In this document: positions 7,630 through 16,503 of the stretch, one piece after another
Position numbering within the stretch: the first letter of the stretch is position 1
Layout: each line of letters opens with the position of its first letter
Assembly (NCBI GenBank): GCA_964583985.1
Contig: CAZOYD010000062.1
Location: forward strand, 1-20,599
From: an uncultured archaeon
GTDB lineage: Archaea > Asgardarchaeota > Lokiarchaeia > Sigyniarchaeales > SOKP01
Length of the DNA stretch: 20,599 nucleotides
Direction: 5' to 3'
Notes under the pieces: model-generated
Told to the model about the DNA's origin: nothing
Seen by the model: only the letters and a program-made list of their open reading frames with translations
Database searches by the model: none
Position numbers and translations under genes: made by a program

Positions 7630-8610
7630 ATGACCGAGAAAAAAAATTTGCCAGAAAATTCTGACAAACAAAAAAGCAAAGAAACACTTGAAAAAGAAGA
7701 AGAAGAGAAACAACATAAGATCGAATCCTTAAGAAAAGCTGGAAGTATAGCTAAAGAAACGAAAAAGTTTATTAGACCAAAAATTCAGATAGGCGCTAAA
7801 GTATTAGAATTAATTGAATCCACTGAATCTAAGATAATTGAATTAGGGGGAAATTGGGCATTCCCTACCAATGTTAGCATAAATAATTACGCTGCGCACT
7901 ATACATCTCCTATAAAAGATGATAATTTAATTATTCAAGATGGAGATATTGCCAAAATAGATCTTGGTGTGCACATTGATGGTTATATCGTAGATACTGC
8001 TTTTTCAATAAGCTTTAATGATGATGAACGACTTGAAAGTATCATTCAAGCGACTGAAGTAGCAGTAGAAGCGGCTAAAAATATGGCAAAACCAGAAGTT
8101 AATACTAAAGATATAGGGAGAAAAATTGAGAGTATTGTAAAAGGGTTTCATTATAACCCGATAAAGGAATTAGGCGGTCATCAAATTGAACAATGGATAG
8201 TACATGGCAAAAAACAACTTCCTGAATTGGGGTCACAAGGGGGAGATGTCATGGAAGAAGGAGATGTATTTGCAGTTGAGATTTTTGCCAGTACTGGCGA
8301 GGGATCTATCCATAACACTAAAAATTCTTATATCTATGAATTAAATCCTTATATTGGAAGAGTACCATTAAGAAGAAAGACATCAAAACAAATTCTAGCC
8401 CATATTAATAAAAATTATAAAACATTACCATTTGCTGAAAGGTGGTTCGCTAAAGATTTTAGAATAGGTGTAGCTTTTGGGCTCCAAGAACTTATTCAAC
8501 AAGGAAAACTAAGAGTTCATTATGTATTGGCTGAACAAAAGGGAGCTTATGTTGCCCAAAGTGAAGAAACTATAATTATTACAGAAGATGGGTTCGAACA
8601 GTTAACTTGA
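7630..8610 (+). CDS. map: Methionine aminopeptidase type II
   Basis: AFPTNVS, AAHYT, KIDLGVHIDGYIVDTAF, GH, AVEIF, TLPFAERW (type II insertion) and AQxEET; metal ligands D, D, H, E, E are present. Confidence 0.96.
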   Translation: MTEKKNLPENSDKQKSKETLEKEEEEKQHKIESLRKAGSIAKETKKFIRPKIQIGAKVLELIESTESKIIELGGNWAFPTNVSINNYAAHYTSPIKDDNLIIQDGDIAKIDLGVHIDGYIVDTAFSISFNDDERLESIIQATEVAVEAAKNMAKPEVNTKDIGRKIESIVKGFHYNPIKELGGHQIEQWIVHGKKQLPELGSQGGDVMEEGDVFAVEIFASTGEGSIHNTKNSYIYELNPYIGRVPLRRKTSKQILAHINKNYKTLPFAERWFAKDFRIGVAFGLQELIQQGKLRVHYVLAEQKGAYVAQSEETIIITEDGFEQLT

Positions 8611-8631
8611 AAGCTAAAAATCTTCCTAATC

Positions 8632-9741
8632 ATGAAAAAATTAAAAATTTGCCTGATAAGTCTCACAATTTCTCCTGATAGTGAAGATGGAGCAGCAAAA
8701 TTTATAAAAGGAGTATATAAATACCTAAAAAACCAAGGGCATGATGTCAAAGTAATTACAGGAAAATGGAACTTTGATTTAAATGATCCAGACATTATAC
8801 AAGTGAAGCTTATAAGGAGAAGTTATTTCTGGCTTCCACAATTTATGCTTAAAGTCAGAAAAATTCTGAAAAAATCAAATTTTGATATAATTCATTTAAA
8901 TGGACCAAAAGCTTTAACGCCCTTTTTATTTTCAAATCAGAAGAGATTTTTAGCTACAATCCACGATTTAGGACCTATTGAAACGAAATTTTCCATAATA
9001 CCTATCGAAAAAATATTAATAAAACTTCTAATAAAAAGGGCGTTAATTTTAACCACTTGTTCTGATTTTGTTAAATATCAAATTAAACAAGTCTTTCCGA
9101 AAACTGACATCAATAAAATTTTCAATTTATATTCTGCAATAGAATCAAAATTCATCCCGTATCATTCAGAATCGATGATTTTAAAGAGAAAAATGGGATT
9201 AAAAGAACCCATTCTACTATATATAGGTCGCATTGCTGCCTATAAAGGCGTTCCGGATATAATTAAAGCATATCAACTCGCTAAACCTCAAGTCAAAAAT
9301 CTTGAACTGGTTATAGGAGGAACCCCGGATTTTTCAATGAAAAGTACTTATCAAGATTGGATAAAAAAATATCCCGATATCAAGTTTACCGGTTTCGTTA
9401 GCCCAGACGAAATACCTATTTATTATTCAATGGCAGACATTTTCATCACTTATTCCTATGCTTCTGAGGGATTTGGATTAACTCCTATAGAAGCGATTGC
9501 ATGTGGTACGCCTGTAATTTGTTCATCCCTTAAAGTTTTTAAAGAAGTTTTAGGTGATAATGCAATATTCGTTCCTCCCAGGAGACCAGATATCTTGGCT
9601 AAAGAAATTATTAACCTAATTCAAGATGATAACAAAAGGCAAAAATTAATAGAAAGATCTAGTTCTTATATTAAAAAATTTTCATGGGACTCGGTTGGAC
9701 AAAAATTAGAAGACGTATATCATAAATTTTTGAGTCTATAG
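8632..9741 (+). CDS. Glycosyltransferase family 4 (GT-B)
   Basis: GHDVKVIT, TIHD, YIGRIAAYKG and EGFGLTPIEAIACGTPVI (EX7E motif). Confidence 0.93.
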   Translation: MKKLKICLISLTISPDSEDGAAKFIKGVYKYLKNQGHDVKVITGKWNFDLNDPDIIQVKLIRRSYFWLPQFMLKVRKILKKSNFDIIHLNGPKALTPFLFSNQKRFLATIHDLGPIETKFSIIPIEKILIKLLIKRALILTTCSDFVKYQIKQVFPKTDINKIFNLYSAIESKFIPYHSESMILKRKMGLKEPILLYIGRIAAYKGVPDIIKAYQLAKPQVKNLELVIGGTPDFSMKSTYQDWIKKYPDIKFTGFVSPDEIPIYYSMADIFITYSYASEGFGLTPIEAIACGTPVICSSLKVFKEVLGDNAIFVPPRRPDILAKEIINLIQDDNKRQKLIERSSSYIKKFSWDSVGQKLEDVYHKFLSL

Positions 9742-9854
9742 AGTAAGTTTAATCATGGATTTATATTGTTCATTACAGGATTAACGCAGATATCATTATT
9801 ATCGAATAAAAATTTAACCCGATTAAGACTAAAAACAATCTGTCGTGTGCTCAA

Positions 9855-10961
9855 TCATTGTTTTTTTAGTTTTTCCTTGACGTAATTAAAACAGATATCA
9901 ATTGGGTTTTCAAATTGACTGATTTTTTCTCGATAGGATAAATTAAACCTACTCGACGTTGGTCCATTTTTAAGAATTTCAATTGATCTTTTAATAATTT
10001 CTTCACTTTCTTTTATATGTTCCAGAGAAAATCCATTCTTTATCAAAAACAAATCTTGCGGTGGTGTTTCTCCTGGGAAAAACTCCAAACTTGGAATATT
10101 TAATAAACTAGATTCTCTAATAATTGTTCCACCACCACTAATAACCAGGGCTGCATAAAAACATAAATCAGTTATGTGGGGTAAATATCTGGTAATTATT
10201 ACATTTTTTTTATCCGCATAGTCTTTTAATTGTGATTTTAACCATTGTTCCTGCATCTCGGATCTTACTAAAATGAAATATTTATAATCAGAAAATTCTT
10301 CATAAATCGAAGGGAAAAACTTTGCTAGCAATGTTTCTTCAGGTTTCATTTGATTAACTAAATAACTCGCAGTTGAAGGTTCAGTCCTTAACAGAATATA
10401 TCGTCCTTTCTCAATATCATATTCTTGGAGATTTTTTAAATTTGGTCTATAAGTCGATAACCATGCAATTTCATCAAGGGCATTCATCCGGATGATTTTT
10501 TCGGGATCCGCACAAAGTCGTTCGTATTGTTCTTGTGGAATACATTTTGGAGTAATAATTTTGTCTATAAACGGAAATAATAATTTAGAGACATGATAAC
10601 TTCTGGGCTCGTCACTAAATCCAATAGAACGTATTTGAAGCCCGAAAGATATCCTTACGCCTTCTACAGACCCGAAAGTTACAAAGAAATCCGGATTAAA
10701 TTCTGTCACATAAGGTAATAGATCTTGCACTCTCTCAGAATACGCTTCCAATTTTCCTACTAAGGAATCACCCCCATGTCTACCAACTTTTATATATTTA
10801 AATCCTGTATCATCCATTATTTGAAAAGTTGAGTCAAAATCCCTTGCTGTAATCATCAAAGTGGCTTTTTCATCTTCAAATTTTTTAAAAAGGGATTTAA
10901 ACATTATCCCCGCTTTGGGTTCTTCTATATCAATCCAGATTTTTTTGCCACTTAGACTCAT
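9855..10961 (-). CDS. DUF354-like GT-B fold protein (putative glycosyltransferase), 368 aa
   Basis: Family-like N-terminus KKIWIDI..ITARD..VGRHGG and ISGGGTIIRESSLLNIPS. Start reassigned to ATG 10961 (MSLSGKKIWIDIE) because the track's longer ORF overlaps the opposite gene. Confidence 0.8.
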   Translation of the reverse strand: MSLSGKKIWIDIEEPKAGIMFKSLFKKFEDEKATLMITARDFDSTFQIMDDTGFKYIKVGRHGGDSLVGKLEAYSERVQDLLPYVTEFNPDFFVTFGSVEGVRISFGLQIRSIGFSDEPRSYHVSKLLFPFIDKIITPKCIPQEQYERLCADPEKIIRMNALDEIAWLSTYRPNLKNLQEYDIEKGRYILLRTEPSTASYLVNQMKPEETLLAKFFPSIYEEFSDYKYFILVRSEMQEQWLKSQLKDYADKKNVIITRYLPHITDLCFYAALVISGGGTIIRESSLLNIPSLEFFPGETPPQDLFLIKNGFSLEHIKESEEIIKRSIEILKNGPTSSRFNLSYREKISQFENPIDICFNYVKEKLKKQ

Positions 10962-11061
10962 TAAAATATCACATTTATTTTTTTTTTTATTTTTTGAAAA
11001 ATCTACTTGAATTGTAAATAAAGCGAAACTTTTAAGATTTTTAGGATGTTTTACTTTACTT

Positions 11062-11649
11062 ATGTCAAGTAAAGAATTAAATTTTAGCTTACAAAAAAAT
11101 GTGATTTTAAATAAACAACCTGTTTTTGGCCCTACTTCTCGTTTTGCAGGCAAGGAAAAAGACCTTCCGGATACAATCATTGGAGATGGTTCCATAATCT
11201 GTTCTCTCTCAGTGATATATGCTGGAACAACTCTTGGAAAACAAGTTTTTGTCGCTGATGGAGCATCAGTTCGTGAAAATGTTCAGATCGGTGACAATAC
11301 AATAATTGGGAGAAACGTGACAATCGAACTCAACACAAAAATTGGAAAAAGAACAAAGATCCAGACATCTGCTCATATAACTGGAGACTGCATTATAGGT
11401 GATGATGTCTTTATCGGACCAGAAGCTTGTACAATGAATGATATGTATATGGGAGCAAAGGATATCACAATGACAGGACCAATATTTGAGGACGGTTGTT
11501 TAGTTGGAGGGAATGCCACAATACTTCCAGGAGTTAGAATTGGTAAAAATGCGGTTGTTGGAGCGGGTTCTGTAGTCACTAAAGATGTGCCTCCTAATGA
11601 AATTTGGGTGGGGAATCCTGCTAAATTCATTAAAATGCGGGATTGGTAA
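11062..11649 (+). CDS. Hexapeptide-repeat (left-handed beta-helix) sugar N/O-acetyltransferase, WbpD/WxcM-like
   Basis: Repeated IGxxxx hexapeptides; VFIGP..MND; [35 protein letters not shown]. Confidence 0.9.
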   Translation: MSSKELNFSLQKNVILNKQPVFGPTSRFAGKEKDLPDTIIGDGSIICSLSVIYAGTTLGKQVFVADGASVRENVQIGDNTIIGRNVTIELNTKIGKRTKIQTSAHITGDCIIGDDVFIGPEACTMNDMYMGAKDITMTGPIFEDGCLVGGNATILPGVRIGKNAVVGAGSVVTKDVPPNEIWVGNPAKFIKMRDW

Positions 11650-11720
11650 CTAAGATATACCGTATTTAGTATCAAATTTTTATTATTTTCTTAATCTTCC
11701 TATATTTACCACATTTGAAT

Positions 11721-12014
11721 TTAATTTTTACACTGACATGGATTAGAACTGCACTTTTTACATTTACCTGGATATTTGAAAGTTAAAGCTTCTTCTAAAT
11801 CAATTTCCATTAAATTTGCAATTGAAGTTGCCCAAGCTATTACATCTGCCAATTCTTCTGATATTTTATCAGAATCGATCAATTGTTTATTCAATAATGT
11901 AGCTAGTTCACCTATTTCCTCTACAAGCCATATAAATGTGTTATTAATTCCTCTTTCTGAATCTTTTTTAAAATACAGATTTCGAATTAGATCCTGAAAC
12001 TCAGAAATTTTCAT
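11721..12014 (-). CDS. MazG-like nucleotide pyrophosphohydrolase with C-terminal Cys cluster
   Basis: WLVEEIGELA..EELADVIAW..ANL..IDLEEA..KY followed by CKKCSSNPCQC. Confidence 0.9.
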   Translation of the reverse strand: MKISEFQDLIRNLYFKKDSERGINNTFIWLVEEIGELATLLNKQLIDSDKISEELADVIAWATSIANLMEIDLEEALTFKYPGKCKKCSSNPCQCKN

Positions 12015-12056
12015 GATGAGGATAAAGTTGGATGATACATATCAATGAGATGGCTC

Positions 12057-12266
12057 TCATGCTCCAGGAGTGAAAAACCAATTAAATACCCCTAAATGAG
12101 CGAGAAAAACGACAACTATCAACGCTAATGATATTATTAGAGTACTAATAGGGCTTACTTTAAGACCTATTGAACTATCTTCAAAAAATCGCATTAATCC
12201 TGCACCACCTGAGGGCATTGGTGCTGTACCACTTCTTCTTTTTTTCCGTCTCGATTGACTTGACAT
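12057..12266 (-). CDS. secG: Preprotein translocase subunit Sec61beta (archaeal SecG)
   Basis: Basic N-terminus, GAGLMRFFED..GLKVSP motif, single C-terminal TM helix ending in H; 69 aa. Confidence 0.92.
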   Translation of the reverse strand: MSSQSRRKKRRSGTAPMPSGGAGLMRFFEDSSIGLKVSPISTLIISLALIVVVFLAHLGVFNWFFTPGA

Positions 12267-12413
12267 GATTTAGTCTGGAATAATTTCTATTAAATTAAAA
12301 TAAAATTACACATATAATAAGTTTTATTTTGAATTGTGATGGAAAATATGATAAATTTTTATTATTAATTTTAATTATCTTCAGATAATTTAAGTAAGAA
12401 ATGGTTTATAGTA
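12267..12413. promoter_or_regulatory. Putative bidirectional promoter region between Sec61beta and the ribophorin I-like gene
   Basis: 147-bp very AT-rich gap between divergent starts. TATA-like TTATTATA with A-rich upstream flank on the minus strand (12313-12320) and TTTTATTA on the plus strand (about 12357-12364). Confidence 0.4.
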
Positions 12414-14252
12414 ATGTCGAATAAAAAGAAACTTTCAGTTGTATTTGGTGGATTAATAGTAATCTTGATTATAATTTCATTTATTGGATTTCCTCAAGGA
12501 TCTTCAAATTTGAATCAAGAAGAGGACGCAAATTTGAACTTATCTGCAAGTTTTGAAGGATTTGAAAATATCAAGATAACTGATATAAAGCATAATGTGA
12601 ACATAAGCGGATATGGACTTGTTAATATAGAAGATAGATTCATGGTATTAAATCAAAATTCCAATCCAATTACATCAATTTTCGTGGGAATTCGTACTGA
12701 AGATTCTGATAATTTGATCTATCTACTAGCAATGGGAATAACTAATAATGATCTTGCTACCGAACGAAATTCAATGATTTATAATAAATATGAATTAATT
12801 ACAATCTATTTCGATTCTCCACTTCTTCCTCAGCAAACAAGACTTATAAGAATGAAATATACCTTAAAAGATCAATTATCATACATAAATACGGGAAATC
12901 AACAAATCAATTTTTCTGGAAATGTATTTCCATACTTACCTTACGTAGCTGAAGGTGATATTAAAGCTTCCTTTAGATTAGCAGAAAGCGCAACTGAATC
13001 ATCCCATGATAGCGTATTTGGAATGGGGTCTATTGTTGGAAATGTTATATTGTATGATTTAGCACAAAGTCTTGAGATAGATCATTTGGATCCTTTCTTG
13101 ATGAATTTAGAACCAGACCAATTAATTAATATAGTTTTTCAAGATTCTTCATCGACTAATATGGAATTAGAATCAGTGAATCGCGAAATAGTAATTTCGC
13201 CTTGGGGAATAGTCAAGGTTAAAGAGGACCATGTCATAAAAAATGTAGGTGTCATTAGTCTCTATAGTATACCCTTTCAAGTACCAGATAATGCAATTAA
13301 TATACATGTTGGAGACAGTCTTGGTGAATTATTAGGAACGACTGTTGAAAATATTGGCAATAAAAAAGAAGTCACGATCAACCTTCTATATAATAGAGCT
13401 TTATTAGATCCTAATAATAAATTAAGGTATACAATTGAATATAATTTACCTTTTGATGATTATTTTTCAATGAATTGGTTCCAAGAATCAATTCAACTAA
13501 ACTTGATTACAACAACTCATGAATACTTTATCAAAAATCAAATTATTAAGGTTTTCATTCAAGGGTGTAGCACTATTGATTACATCTCAAGTCCTCCTGA
13601 TGGCATTGATCAAACGAGTGGTTCCAAAATAATCATGTATACTTCGGAAGATATTAGTCCTTATGAAGGTAAGGTGATACTCTTCACATTTACTCTTAAC
13701 TATTTTGACCTAATGATTAGACCAATAATCTTTATTTTACTCATAGCCTCAATACTATCAATATTCGTTGTTCTAGTAAAAACTAAGAAGAGAGAAGGAG
13801 ATACAGCATTAATTAGCGCACAATCTATCCCTATCAACGAGATCAGAGAATTTTGTTCATTATATGAAGAAAAAAATGCTTTAATTCTTGAAATTAGAAA
13901 AGCGGAAGAAGAAGCTAGAAGGAAAAAACTGGCTAAAAAATCATACAATAATATTGTCACTAAGAATAATGCAAAAATCGAGCAAATTAAACAAGAAATT
14001 ATTCCATTCTCTAAACTATTGACAGAAAATAGTGCGATTTTTGGAAGTATTATCAATAAACTAGATGTGCTTGATGCTGAACGAGTTAGTGTAGATGATA
14101 GTATCAATCTTCTCGATCAACGTTATAAGAGAGGAAAGTTACCTTCTCGCACAGCATATCAAAAACTTTCTGATGATTTCTTACGTAGAAAAAAGAAAAT
14201 TGATCGTACAATAGATAAATACATCCAACAATTAAGAAGCTACTTATTATAG
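12414..14252 (+). CDS. Ribophorin I (Ost1/RPN1)-like oligosaccharyltransferase accessory subunit
   Basis: N-terminal signal/anchor; two beta-rich repeats (VNISGYGLVNIED and REIVISPWGIVKVKED, compare RPN1 R-x-I-E-V-S-H-W-G-x-I-x-V-E-E); YTIEYNLP; one TM helix near residues 435-455; basic helical C-terminal tail. Confidence 0.8.
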   Translation: MSNKKKLSVVFGGLIVILIIISFIGFPQGSSNLNQEEDANLNLSASFEGFENIKITDIKHNVNISGYGLVNIEDRFMVLNQNSNPITSIFVGIRTEDSDNLIYLLAMGITNNDLATERNSMIYNKYELITIYFDSPLLPQQTRLIRMKYTLKDQLSYINTGNQQINFSGNVFPYLPYVAEGDIKASFRLAESATESSHDSVFGMGSIVGNVILYDLAQSLEIDHLDPFLMNLEPDQLINIVFQDSSSTNMELESVNREIVISPWGIVKVKEDHVIKNVGVISLYSIPFQVPDNAINIHVGDSLGELLGTTVENIGNKKEVTINLLYNRALLDPNNKLRYTIEYNLPFDDYFSMNWFQESIQLNLITTTHEYFIKNQIIKVFIQGCSTIDYISSPPDGIDQTSGSKIIMYTSEDISPYEGKVILFTFTLNYFDLMIRPIIFILLIASILSIFVVLVKTKKREGDTALISAQSIPINEIREFCSLYEEKNALILEIRKAEEEARRKKLAKKSYNNIVTKNNAKIEQIKQEIIPFSKLLTENSAIFGSIINKLDVLDAERVSVDDSINLLDQRYKRGKLPSRTAYQKLSDDFLRRKKKIDRTIDKYIQQLRSYLL

Positions 14253-14285
14253 TATCTTTTTATTGAATTAAAAGGATCATATATT

Positions 14286-14912
14286 ATGAAACCATGGTTA
14301 TTTGATATTTTAGCGTGTCCGATTGATAAACATTTTCCCTTAAAATTATATATTTTTTCTTATGAAACTACTGAGGATGAATTTCTTGAGTTTTTAGATG
14401 TATTTGAAAATAGAAAATTGGATACGATCAAGAAAGAGGAACTCATTTATTATGTTAAGCAGGATGGAAACATATTCATCAAAGATGGCATATCAATAAA
14501 AGAAATTCCATTTTCTGAATATTTATCTCTTATTAAAGCAAGCATCAAGGAATTAGAAAATCTGATTGATAAAACAGGAATCAAACCAATAATAAAATGT
14601 CAGGAAATCCTTACTACATATGTAATGGAGAAAATTAGTAATTTGAGTGAAGGTAACTTAAGTTTAAATGTAATTGATGAAATATTACCCGAACTCTATC
14701 TTCTGAATAAGTATAAGCTCGATAGTGAAATTGAATCAGGCTTACTTTTTTGCGAGGAATGCATGCGTTGGTTTCCCATATTAGAAAGCATACCACAAAT
14801 GCTACCTGATGAATATAGAAATGAAGAAAATGATCTGCAATTCCTTAAAAACCATAAAAATTTATTTGATCCCGAATTTTTTAAACAAAATTTACGTCCT
14901 TATAATCTTTAA
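14286..14912 (+). CDS. trm112: Trm112 methyltransferase activator, long form with central insertion
   Basis: N-terminal MKPWLFDILACPIDKHFPLKL and C-terminal EIESGLLFCEECMRWFPILESIPQMLPDEYR form the split Zn-knuckle of Trm112. Confidence 0.88.
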   Translation: MKPWLFDILACPIDKHFPLKLYIFSYETTEDEFLEFLDVFENRKLDTIKKEELIYYVKQDGNIFIKDGISIKEIPFSEYLSLIKASIKELENLIDKTGIKPIIKCQEILTTYVMEKISNLSEGNLSLNVIDEILPELYLLNKYKLDSEIESGLLFCEECMRWFPILESIPQMLPDEYRNEENDLQFLKNHKNLFDPEFFKQNLRPYNL

Positions 14913-14932
14913 ATAAGTAAGCAACATATAAT

Positions 14933-15034
14933 AGCCCGGTGGTGTAGTGGCCAAGCATCTGGGGCCTTGAACCCCGTGACCACGGTTCGAAAACTGATGA
15001 ATAATTTCATCAGTCGAATATCCGTGCCGGGCTA
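14933..15034 (+). tRNA. tRNA-Gln(UUG) with a 29-nt intron at position 59/60 (intron 14992-15020); CCA not encoded
   Basis: Acceptor stem AGCCCGG/CCGGGCT (A1-U72, typical of archaeal tRNA-Gln); D stem GTGT/GCAT; anticodon stem TGGGG/CCCCG with loop CCTTGAA (TTG at 14967-14969); T stem CACGG/CCGTG. Removing the intron restores the T loop TTCGAAT. T-tract follows at 15035. Confidence 0.93.
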
Positions 15035-15156
15035 TTTTGATTTCTTTTCTCGTCAAATTATTTAGCATAGTTGATCGATAAAAATAAAATATTATATTTT
15101 AGCAATTATTTTATTTTTTAGCCTTGTTGACAGCTTAAATATTAAAGGGATATAAA

Positions 15157-16503
15157 ATGATACTGACTGAACTAAATTGGGATTTTTCTGAAATTATTTT
15201 ACTAATTATTATATTCATTATAGGAATAGTATTTACGTACTTTATAATACCCCCAATTATAAAATTGATGAAAAAGAAGAATTATATTGGATATGATATA
15301 CATAAAAATAGTAGACCTCAAGTAGCGGAATCAGGAGGTATAAGTATTGTAATAGGTTATTCTGTTATTTCTATTTTGTTAATTTTAGCTTTCCCTCTAT
15401 TTTCAAATGAAATATTTGTATTACTTATATCCGTAATTTTATCTGGCATCATTGGTTTTTTGGATGATCGAATTAAACTCAAATCTAGATATAAGATTTT
15501 TTTAGTGTTATTTATTGGAATGATAATTTTCATAGCGAATTTCTTTGGTTTCATTACTATCGAATCTCCTACTATCCCATTTTTAGGAAAATTAAGGTTA
15601 AATATAATTTATCCATTATTAGCACCATTAATTGTAGCTGTTTTTGGAAATACGGTTAATATGTTAGAAGGATATAACGGAGAAGGTTCAGGCACATGCC
15701 TTATTGCATTAATATCCTTACTTATTTGTGGCTTAATATGGAATTCTGCAGAAGCTATATTATTCACCACTATAGGAATTGCTGTTTTAATACCTTTTTT
15801 TTATTATAATAAATATCCTGCAAAAATTTTTCCAGGAGATGTAGGAACTTTAAGTATGGGTACAATTCTAGCGGGAGTTGCATTATTTGGATCCTTAGAA
15901 GCCGCAGTATTTTGTGCGCTCTTAATTCATGTATTCAATAGTTTTTATGTGTTATACTCCGTGAAAGGATTTTTCGAGAGTTCAGAAATACAAGAAGATA
16001 TGAATGATATCCTTCTTTTAGAGGATGATAGAATAAAAGCGTCAAGCAATAAAGAAGCAGCGTTGACTTTACCAAGGCTGATTCTGGCTCGAGGACCGCT
16101 AAAAGAGCCAGATTTGGTAAAAAATTTTTTTGCAATTTCAATTATTTGTGGCTTTTTTGCAATTTTTACCACTTTAATGATGGCAATTACGGTCAATAAA
16201 ATAAGCATTATTTTTTTAGGATTCCTCGCACCTTATCTAATCATATTTTCATTCATTCTTCTTATTTTCTTTCCGAGAATTAGAGGGATAATCTCTATCA
16301 TGATAATTGTAATGATTGGAGGTTATCTTTTATTATATTTCATTAATTTAGTGATAATGCCAGTTCATTTTGCCAATTTAATCTTATTTGGAATTGTAAT
16401 ACCTACTAATATTATAATATCTCTAATACTTGTAATTCCGTGCTTAGGATTATGGTATTATATCTCCATCCGTTATTTCCAAAAAGAATCAAGAAAAATG
16501 TAA
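15157..16503 (+). CDS. aglH: UDP-GlcNAc:dolichyl-phosphate GlcNAc-1-phosphate transferase (GPT/Alg7/AglH type) with extra C-terminal TM helices
   Basis: GYDIHK, AESGG, GFLDD, NTVNMLEGYNG (GPT-type rather than the MraY/WecA DGLDG), YPAKIFPGDVGT and TLPRLILARGPLKE. Confidence 0.8.
   Translation: MILTELNWDFSEIILLIIIFIIGIVFTYFIIPPIIKLMKKKNYIGYDIHKNSRPQVAESGGISIVIGYSVISILLILAFPLFSNEIFVLLISVILSGIIGFLDDRIKLKSRYKIFLVLFIGMIIFIANFFGFITIESPTIPFLGKLRLNIIYPLLAPLIVAVFGNTVNMLEGYNGEGSGTCLIALISLLICGLIWNSAEAILFTTIGIAVLIPFFYYNKYPAKIFPGDVGTLSMGTILAGVALFGSLEAAVFCALLIHVFNSFYVLYSVKGFFESSEIQEDMNDILLLEDDRIKASSNKEAALTLPRLILARGPLKEPDLVKNFFAISIICGFFAIFTTLMMAITVNKISIIFLGFLAPYLIIFSFILLIFFPRIRGIISIMIIVMIGGYLLLYFINLVIMPVHFANLILFGIVIPTNIIISLILVIPCLGLWYYISIRYFQKESRKM

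Noticed and set aside
9742-9857. Possible TGA read-through or SECIS after the DUF354-like gene (about 33 open codons and a weak minus-strand hairpin at 9787-9842)
   Set aside because: The TGA falls at a natural C-terminus, there is no redox motif context, the hairpin is weak and AT-rich, and no AUGA/GA SECIS core with proper spacing was found.
10962-11195. N-terminal 78 aa of the track ORF 9855..11195
   Set aside because: It overlaps the opposite-strand acetyltransferase and an AT-rich promoter gap; the family-like sequence begins at ATG 10961.
14960-14976. Reading the tRNA as Ser(UGA) or a Sec/suppressor tRNA
   Set aside because: The stem TGGGG/CCCCG centres TTG in the 7-nt loop, the variable loop is only 4 nt, and A1-U72 fits tRNA-Gln.
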